NCBI GenBank assembly: GCA_964019335.1
Contig: OZ025662.1
Span: forward strand, 434,001-498,000
DNA: 64,000 nt
Direction of reading: 5' to 3'
Source of the DNA: Diplonema japonicum
Taxonomy: Eukaryota; Protista; Euglenozoa: Diplonemea
Shown: piece after piece, positions 56,340 to 64,000 of the stretch
How positions within the stretch are numbered: position 1 is the stretch's first letter
Layout of the letters: every line of letters begins with the position of its first letter
Program-made: the position numbers and the translations under genes
The notes under the pieces: model-generated
What the model saw: the letters and a program-made list of their open reading frames with translations, nothing else
Told to the model about the DNA's origin: nothing
The model's database searches: none

Positions 56340-58355
56340 ATGGGGAAGCTTATGAAGCTATGCGGCCTGAAAAGCAGGAACCAGGTGGTGTGCGCCATCC
56401 GAGAGGGGATTGATTTTATGGGAGTGGTGTTCGCGGAGAAGTCACACCGATACATGGGGGACAACCTGGATGAGGTGAAAGAGATGGCGAGGATTACTGA
56501 AGAAAAGGCGGGCATCAAGAACGCGAAGTGGGGCCGCTTCCCGCTTCTTCTCGGTATCTTCCAGAGGGGCGGCCGAGCTGCACAGAGCACCGTTGCACAA
56601 GAAGCAGAATACATCAGCAAAATCGTAAAAGAAACGAATCTTCACGGCGCGCAGCTGTACGGGTACAGCACACAGGAGTACGATGAGATGAAGGCATGTC
56701 TTGAGGTTCCTATGGTGATATTTTCTGTCAGCGTTTCGACGGCTGAGGAGGTAAAGGCCATTCAGGTCCCCGACCACTCTCTCATCAAAGCTGTTTGTGT
56801 TGACAACAAGGTGAAAGACGCTGTTGGTGGGACGGGTGAATCGTTTGACTGGACTTGGCTCAAGGACTTCACTCCGCCTCGCGACCTGCCCCTCTTCCTT
56901 GCAGGCGGTATCAACCTCAGCAACGTCCCGCAGGCCCTCGCTGTGGACTGTGCCGACGTCCTCGACATCTCCTCCGGTGCGGAGATCAACAAGACGAAGG
57001 ACGGTGTCACCGTCCGGAAGCTCGCCCGTGCCATCCGCAGCAAGATCCCTTCCTACATCGGCCGCTTCGGTGGACAGTTCCTCCCCGAAATCCTCATGCC
57101 CAACCTCATTGAGCTCGAGGCCAAGTACATCGAGCTCCAAGCCGACCCTGCCTTCACCGAAGAGGTCCTCAAGTGGAACAGAGAATACAGCGGGAGGCCT
57201 ACCCTCCTCTACGACGCGGAGAGGCTGACGTCTTACGTCAGGAAAGAATGCGCGGAAGACAAGGGCGCCAAGATCTGGCTGAAAAGAGAGGATCTTCTGC
57301 ACGGCGGGGCGCACAAGATCAACAACGGGATCGGGCAGGCGCTGGTGGCGAAAGCGTTGGGGAAGAACAGGATCATCGCAGAGACGGGTGCAGGGCAGCA
57401 TGGTGTGGCGACGGCGACCGTGTGCGCGCTGTTCGGAATGAACGGAACAGTGTACATGGGTGAGAAGGACACGCAGAGGCAACGCCTTAATGTGCTGCGC
57501 ATTGAGTCCATGGGTGCGAAGGTGGTGCCTGCCACGTCGGGTGCGAGAACGTTGAACTCTGCTGTGAACGAGGCACTGAGGGACTGGGCGGCGAACCCAG
57601 CGACGGCACACTACCTGATCGGGTCAGTGGTGGGACCGCACCCCTTCCCGACCATTGTGCGTGACTTCCAGAGCGTGATCTCGACGGAAGCGAGGAAACA
57701 GTTCATGGACATGAACGGGGGCAGCCTCCCTGGGTGTGTGGTGGCATGCGTGGGTGGCGGGTCCAACTGCATCGGGGCCTTCGACGCCTTCGTCTGTGAT
57801 GATGGTGTGGAGCTGCTGGGTGTTGAGGCAGGTGGTGACGGAGCAGAACTGCACTCCTCAACACTATCAAAGGGCACCGTAGGATGGTTGCACGGGGCCA
57901 AGACACAACTCTTGCAGACAGAGGACGGCCAGGTCATGGACACACATTCCATCTCAGCTGGCCTTGACTACCCTGCAGTTGGCCCGGAACACTCCTACCT
58001 GCAAGGTATTTCACTATAACAAAAAGATACAAAAACAAAACAAACGAAAACAAAAAAAAAAAAAAAAAAAAAAAAAACAGATACTGGTCGTGCGACGTAC
58101 GTTCCCTGCACGGACGACGAGGCACTGGAAGGGTTCAAGATCCTTGCAAAGACAGAAGCGGTGTGTTCTTTTTCCTTTCCCTTTAAATATAATATTGTCG
58201 AACAGATCCTGCCGGCGCTCGAGAGCTCTCATGCGATTTTCAAGGGTATCGAAAAGGCGAAGACCATGGGCAGGGACGAACACGTTGTCATCTGTGTCTC
58301 CGGCAGAGGTGACAAGGACATGGAGACCATAGCTCACAAACTGGGGTTCAAATAA
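56340..58355 (+). CDS. trpF-trpB: Fused phosphoribosylanthranilate isomerase (TrpF) + tryptophan synthase beta subunit (TrpB); 3 exons, 631 aa
   Basis: TrpF: 'KLCGL', '[11 protein letters not shown]', 'GGTGESFDW', '[10 protein letters not shown]', 'DISSGAE...KD'. TrpB: '[10 protein letters not shown]', '[16 protein letters not shown]' (PLP Lys), 'AETGAGQHG', 'CVGGGSN', 'SISAGLDYP'. Introns 58006-58080 and 58161-58205 give 'PALESSHA...SGRGDKD'. Confidence 0.95.
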
Positions 58356-58362
58356 AAACCGC

Positions 58363-58393
<31 letters not shown>

Positions 58394-58709
58394 CGTTCTT
58401 TGTTTGTTCTTTTTTTTTTTTTTTTTTTTGTTCCTCGCAGTGTGTGTTTTTTTTTTTCTTCAAAGTGCAGCGAGTGGCCGCTTTTTTTTTCTTTAGGAAG
58501 ACGTTGGCAACCTTTTGCTACCTTCCCATAGAAAGGGTGGCTTTTTTTTTTTTTTTTTTTTCTTTCTTTTTTTTACGGGCGCAGAATTCGAGATGAGGGG
58601 CGGGGATTGAAGGAAACGGGTTTCGGAAGGAGGTGGACACCCCCCTTCCAAGTTTCCATAACTTCTTCTTGTTTTCTTTTTTTGCTGGAACAAGTAAACA
58701 AGATTTGTT

Positions 58710-58743
<34 letters not shown>

Positions 58744-59170
58744 TAGAGACAGCTTGTCCGCTTACTCCTACTGTAGGTGAAAACGGCTTGCACACCCAGA
58801 CGACTCCTTTCTTTACCTCTCCCTCCCTCCCCCTCTTCTTTCATTTTTTTTTTTTTTTTTTTTTTTTTGCATTCTCTTCTGCCGTTGCCCTCAATCCATA
58901 TTTTACTTTCATTATTATTTTTTTTTTTTGTTCTAGTGAAACATCCGTACAAGCGATATGAAGGACCTGACCTCCCCTCGCCCGCTCATGGAATGCCACG
59001 TTTCCCCCCCTTTTTTTTCTGAAACGCTACCCCATTTTCTCCCGCGGGAAGAACACCCCCCAAAAAAAAAACAAATCAGGAGAAAGGGGAAAAGGAGGGG
59101 TGGTCCCCCTCATCCTTTTTTTTATTTTTTTTTTTTTTTTTTACACAACACAAAAAATACAAGAAAAAAA

Positions 59171-60500
59171 ATGGCACTCTCTGGGAGAGATTGCAAATCG
59201 TTACAGGTGTTTGCCGAACACAGGTAAAGAAATAATTCAAAAAAAAAAATCTTTTTTATATATATATATACCCTCCCTTCCCTTCACAGTGAGATATGCA
59301 GCGATTTAATATCTTTAGTAGCCTCTGCAAAGCTGCAATTTGTAGGCCAGGCACGAAGTACGGAAATGACGATATCACCTTCAAAAATCTTGGCGAGCAC
59401 GCACGCACCATTGTCCGGTAGTTGCAGCGAGGTCTTGGTGAAATGCGCCGACGGGAAGGTGAGGGTGTGCTGCGCCGACTCTCGAAAAATCGTGCACACC
59501 ATGGAAGAAGGCAGCAGCCGGGGGCTCTTAGGACAGCTGGACGGGTCGCGGATGGTATATTCAATTAACGGTGCCAATATCATCCTCTACAACGCAACTA
59601 ATCACTGGAAGGCCACGGAGGCAGGAAAGATCGACATTGCCTCTTCTTCAACAACGATCCTCTCTGCTGCTCCGCTGAGCTCAGGCGCGCAGCTTGCCAT
59701 GAGCACGCACCATTGCTTCATATACGACATCGAAACGCAGTCGGAGCTGCCGATTCAGCTCAGCCACTTATCCCACCCAGTGGCCACAGCAATGAGCCCA
59801 ATGACGCCTACCTCCTTCGCAGCAGGCTTTGCAGACGGCTCCGCGTGTATTATCGACACCCGTTCTAAGAAAGCTGCAAAAACCACCCCCTCCTGCCCCA
59901 CTAGTCTCGATCCTGTTCTTAGCATCGCTCGGTTGTCAAAGGTGTGATTTTTTTTTTTTTTTTTTTTTTTGGGGAGGGAATAAAAAAAAAAAAAAAAAAG
60001 AAATTTTTACTGTTTAGAATCGGTTAGCAATATGCCAAAAAGAAGGTCTCGGGATATGGGAGCTGTCGGGGTCCAAAGCACTGCAGAGATGGGACTGCAC
60101 TCACAAGCACAACAAGGAGCCGGGGGAGAATTTTGTTGCGATGACCCCGCTTGATTCTTCAGGGAAGCTGCTCGCTACGCTGAGCACGCCTACTGATGAA
60201 AGGGGCTCGTTGTTGCGTATCTGGAGCCCGAATAGCCAGTGGGCGAATTGGTTAGACAGGGCGTCGGGGGGTGAGATAATTGCCCCCTTCAGGACTTTCA
60301 ACATAGGTTCAGGGAAACCCATCGATGCGCTTCGGGACGAGAACACCTCAGCCAACTCCTCCATGGACTCTATGGAAATCCTTACCTCTGAGATTGAAGA
60401 AGGGCCAGCACGGGGGACTTCTCTCACGGTCCTGCCTGACTCCCGGTTGGTCGTGTGCAGCAACACCTCACTTACATCGAAGATATCGGTTTGGGTGTAA
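59171..60500 (+). CDS. Divergent WD40/beta-propeller-like protein; 3 exons, 395 aa
   Basis: Introns 59224-59289 and 59942-60017 join the three ORF pieces in frame. Blade-like motifs 'FAAGFADGSACIIDTR', 'GKLLATLS...LLRIWS', 'CFIYDIET'. Confidence 0.65.
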
Positions 60501-60502
60501 GG

Positions 60503-60567
<65 letters not shown>

Positions 60568-60667
60568 ATATTTTGGGTGGGGGTGGGATGTTTCATAAAA
60601 AACTTTTTTCCTTGTTTTCCGTGACCCCCTAGCTTTCTTTTCCTGTTGAGTTTTTTTTTTCTTTAGG

Positions 60668-60671
<4 letters not shown>

Positions 60672-60708
<37 letters not shown>
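60672..60708. repeat. (GA)n microsatellite followed by a G-run
   Basis: Directly visible in the sequence. Confidence 0.85.
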
Positions 60709-60718
<10 letters not shown>

Positions 60719-61334
60719 GGATATAATGGTAACACTAAAAAAAAAGAAGGGGGTAAATAAAAAGAAATATGGGAGAATGAGAAGGGGGGGTTTTTTTAAT
60801 GTGGGGGACATAGGAGGGAGGGGAAAAAAAAGGAGGGGAAAAAAAAACTAAATAGCAGGGACTATTCTCTTCTCTACCTTCCCCCCCCCACTTTTTTTTC
60901 CTGCTGTTTTTTGTAGTATCCTCCTCTTGCCTGACCCTACGCAATTTTTTTTTTGTTCCTTTTCCCCTATAACCAACAAGAGAGCTTTTCTACTTTGTTT
61001 TCCATTCTGTTTTATTCTCCATAATAATAATAATGCGACAACGTCCTGGAGCTCATGATTGATGAAAAATGTTACAGCGTTACAGCTTTGCTTCCCCACG
61101 CAGCACAGGGCTATGCACTAATGTAAAGAAGCACTCACCCACAATCCTCTCCTTCCCTACTCTACCTGATTTTTTTATCAGACCACAGACTAAATATGGA
61201 AGTTAAAAAAAAAAAAAAGAAACTCTTCCTTTGTTTTTTTTTTATGTGATTTACTTGGTTTTACTTTTGAATGAAGGAATTTCATCACAGGCGGCTAACC
61301 CTTTTAAAAAAAACAAAAACAAAAAACACACAAA

Positions 61335-61676
61335 ATGGCCGACGCCCTTTTCGCGAAGATGTCCGCAGCCCTCGGGACCCCTGCTGGTCAGGCTGCGGCG
61401 AAGAAGATCAACGAGGTGATCACGTACGAGTTCCCCGACACCGGTGTGTCGTACGTGATGGACCTGAAGGCGGGGAAGGCGTACAAGGGGAAGCACGACG
61501 ACCCCGCGTGCACCTTCAAGATGGACGAGAAGGTGTTCATTGAGCTTTCGGGGGGCAAGGCGGACCCCATGGGCCTCTTCATGGAGGGGAAGATCGAGCT
61601 CGACGGGGACACCGACATCGCCATGAAGATTGGCAAGGTCCTCAAGACCCTCGAGAAGGAGATCGCCTCTGCGTAG
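61335..61676 (+). CDS. SCP2 sterol-carrier domain protein, copy 1
   Basis: 'DLKAGKAYKG...ACTFKMDEKVFIELSGGKADPMGLFMEGKIELDGD..IAMKI' is the SCP2 signature. Strong GC3 codon bias. Confidence 0.9.
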   Translation: MADALFAKMSAALGTPAGQAAAKKINEVITYEFPDTGVSYVMDLKAGKAYKGKHDDPACTFKMDEKVFIELSGGKADPMGLFMEGKIELDGDTDIAMKIGKVLKTLEKEIASA

Positions 61677-61906
61677 GCTCATGCTGGGAAAGGATGTAGT
61701 AAAAAAAAAAAAAAAAAGAAAAGAAAAAAAGAAGCCATTCGACCGTTCCCTTTCTTCCTTCACCTCTTGGTGACGCCGCTACTTCACGGTTCACCACGCA
61801 GCACGCTGACACTGATTGCACACACAGTGATCGTGTCACGCATTGATATGTACTTTCTTTTTTTATTTAACCCTTTTTGCATGCAACAAGCAACCTCAGG
61901 AGCAAG

Positions 61907-63031
61907 ATGGATGCTAGGCTAGCGGCAGGCAGCATCTTAGCGGAGTTGGGGACAAGCGGTGAGCAGCTGAGTGCCAGGAGCGAGGTGCACGCAAGGGAGA
62001 TGGCGAACCAATTGCTGGGAGCATACATCAGTCGGCAAGGGTCGGAAGCCACGGCAAAGACACGGGAGCCAACACCGCACACAGCACTGCAGCCGTCGAG
62101 GTCCGCCACTGCACTGTCGCAGTACAGCAGCATCGTGTCGCGAGCGACAACTTCTGCGATGGCCTCACCTGCGGCCCTTCAGCAGATTCATGTGCACCAC
62201 CACCACCACCATCACCATCACCATCACCATCATCAACAGCAGCAGTTACAGCGAGAACAACAACAGGAGGTGCAGGAACGGTGCATGGAAACCATGGCAA
62301 CAATGGAGAGGGAGAGCAGCCCGCGGTACCTGTCCCTGTCGCCGCTGCTGAACGATGCGGAGGCGATGCGAGCAGAGCTGGAGACGTGCAAGGCACCGTC
62401 AGGGGTGAGGGTGGTGACGGCTACGGACGAGGAGGTGGTACGGGAGCTGCTGTCGAGCAGGAGTGTCGCTGAGCACTTGAAGCACAAGATACACGAACAG
62501 CAGTACGAGATACGAACCTTGCGGGACAAGGTGACCCTGTTCACGGAGGCAACGGAGCGAGACGGGCAGGACGCACTAGCGATCGTGCTGGGGCAGCTGG
62601 CGGAGGCGGAGAGTATGATCGCAACGCTGCGTGCGAACATCGACGACAAGGAGCAGGTCATCAGCGGGTTGCGGCACTCGATCGAAGGGGTGCAGCACGA
62701 CAGCGAGATCCTCCACCTGGAGGAGTCGCTGCGGGAGCTGCAGCGCAAGAACGACGTGCTGGCGGCGGAGAACAAGGTTCTTGCAGAGCGGGAGAAGCAC
62801 TCCGCGTTGGGGGTCGTGTCGCAGAGGCACTGCAACCAGTTGAAGCAGAAGAACATGCAGCTGACGAACGAGAACCAGGAGAGGACGAAGAACCTAAAGG
62901 ACCTGGAGACAATCCTGCGGCTTCACCTGAACCTGCGAACCTCCTCCACGGAAACGCAGATGCTGCAATGCATGTCGGGCGGCGGCATCACCACCAGCAA
63001 CGTGATCCCCGCCTCCGAGCGCATGATGTGA
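61907..63031 (+). CDS. Coiled-coil hypothetical protein with poly-His/poly-Gln tract
   Basis: First in-frame ATG at 61907. H13-Q4 tract, then a long heptad-rich region. Confidence 0.7.
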   Translation: MDARLAAGSILAELGTSGEQLSARSEVHAREMANQLLGAYISRQGSEATAKTREPTPHTALQPSRSATALSQYSSIVSRATTSAMASPAALQQIHVHHHHHHHHHHHHHQQQQLQREQQQEVQERCMETMATMERESSPRYLSLSPLLNDAEAMRAELETCKAPSGVRVVTATDEEVVRELLSSRSVAEHLKHKIHEQQYEIRTLRDKVTLFTEATERDGQDALAIVLGQLAEAESMIATLRANIDDKEQVISGLRHSIEGVQHDSEILHLEESLRELQRKNDVLAAENKVLAEREKHSALGVVSQRHCNQLKQKNMQLTNENQERTKNLKDLETILRLHLNLRTSSTETQMLQCMSGGGITTSNVIPASERMM

Positions 63032-63184
63032 GCTGGGGAGGAGAGAGGAGGGAGGGGGTGTGAGTTGAGGAGAGAATGGAGGTTGTTGTACTTGTAGACT
63101 AAATATACTATTCTGTTGTACTGTCTTTCGTATTATTCTTGATGCCATCCTTCACACCACAGCACGACACACACATTTACTAAA

Positions 63185-63526
63185 ATGGCCGACGCCCTTT
63201 TCGCGAAGATGTCCGCAGCCCTCGGGACCCCTGCTGGTCAGGCTGCGGCGAAGAAGATCAACGAGGTGATCACGTACGAGTTCCCCGACACCGGTGTGTC
63301 GTACGTGATGGACCTGAAGGCGGGGAAGGCGTACAAGGGGAAGCACGACGACCCCGCGTGCACCTTCAAGATGGACGAGAAGGTGTTCATTGAGCTTTCG
63401 GGGGGCAAGGCGGACCCCATGGGCCTCTTCATGGAGGGGAAGATCGAGCTCGACGGGGACACCGACATCGCCATGAAGATCGGCAAGGTCCTCAAGACCC
63501 TCGAGAAGGAGATCGCCTCTGCGTAG
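63185..63526 (+). CDS. SCP2 sterol-carrier domain protein, copy 2
   Basis: Same 113-aa protein as 61335-61676. Confidence 0.9.
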   Translation: MADALFAKMSAALGTPAGQAAAKKINEVITYEFPDTGVSYVMDLKAGKAYKGKHDDPACTFKMDEKVFIELSGGKADPMGLFMEGKIELDGDTDIAMKIGKVLKTLEKEIASA

Positions 63527-63774
63527 GCTTGCTGACAGGAAGGCGGCCACAGAAGGGGAAGGGTCGCGTGCTATGTAATTTTCTGATGAGTATTTCTTCT
63601 TATTCTTCTCCACTCCCTTGCTTTCTTCTTCTTCAGTTTGAATGGTAAGAAGCCGCTACTTCACGGCTCATACCCTTCTTTCCCCCCTCCTTTTACTTCT
63701 TCAAAAAAAGAAGCATTTCTCTTTTTCGTTTATTTCCCGAAAAAAAAAAAAGACGAGAAATAAAAAAGGTGAAA

Positions 63775-64000
63775 ATGGTAAAATGTAAAATCCTAGCACG
63801 AGACATAGAAGACTACAGGAGAGCTATGGAAGAGATACTAGTACTGAGAGAAGAGACGGACGAGGTGATGTGCCGGATGGAATTGAGGCAGAAAAGGATT
63901 GCGCAGATTGTGATTGGAGTGCTGGACGAGGTAGCAGGGACAGAGGAACCGAGGACGGAGAGGAAGCGACCGGAGGAAACGGAGCTTCTCAGCTTGTTCA
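63775..64000 (+). CDS. 5' part of a hypothetical protein running off the window
   Basis: ATG after an A-rich leader. Frame open to the window end (MVKCKILARDIEDYRRAMEEIL...). Confidence 0.55.
   Translation, partial: MVKCKILARDIEDYRRAMEEILVLREETDEVMCRMELRQKRIAQIVIGVLDEVAGTEEPRTERKRPEETELLSLF

Noticed and set aside
56442-57611. 389-aa minus-strand ORF, and similar antisense ORFs over other genes
   Set aside because: Antisense shadows of GC3-rich + strand genes, with no recognisable motifs.
60503-60566. Long A-run right after a stop codon, suggesting a retrocopy tail
   Set aside because: The gene retains two introns, and long A-runs are ubiquitous here.
61059-61169. Possible box C/D snoRNA (TGATGA ... 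CTGA)
   Set aside because: No terminal stem or identifiable rRNA guide. Such short boxes occur by chance.
453-64000. Non-standard genetic code or non-canonical introns
   Set aside because: All conserved genes reconstruct with the standard code, all three stop codons and GT-AG introns.

Overview
Eukaryotic nuclear DNA, most plausibly from a euglenozoan such as a diplonemid (inference from gene organisation, not from a search). About 22 host genes all lie on the + strand, as in a polycistronic unit. They are separated by homopolymer-rich spacers and contain about 26 very short (38-79 nt) GT-AG introns, mostly A-rich, which I reconstructed by hand. Recognisable genes: NOM1/Sgd1, AUH-type enoyl-CoA hydratase, two RPL31 copies, ZNF598/Hel2, an Rsa3-like micro-protein, WDR24, a giant SAXO-type Mn-repeat protein, a BRSK/SNF1-family kinase, an ankyrin protein, NXT1-like, two SCP2 copies and a TrpF-TrpB fusion. 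The most unusual proteins are (i) a 1764-aa Dpy-30/RIIa-like + tandem globin-like + cytochrome b5 protein, (ii) a ~1385-aa ADP-ribosyltransferase + ankyrin + Ig(A9) + PH-like protein, and (iii) a secreted protein made of 28 six-cysteine modules. Mobile DNA: a decayed pogo-type element, an internally deleted piggyBac, a mariner-like MITE, a MULE/foldback-like TIR element, and two related 5'-truncated non-LTR retroelements sharing an unassigned C-terminal domain. No tRNA, rRNA or CRISPR array was found. All domain calls are motif recognition by eye and need HMM or structure confirmation.
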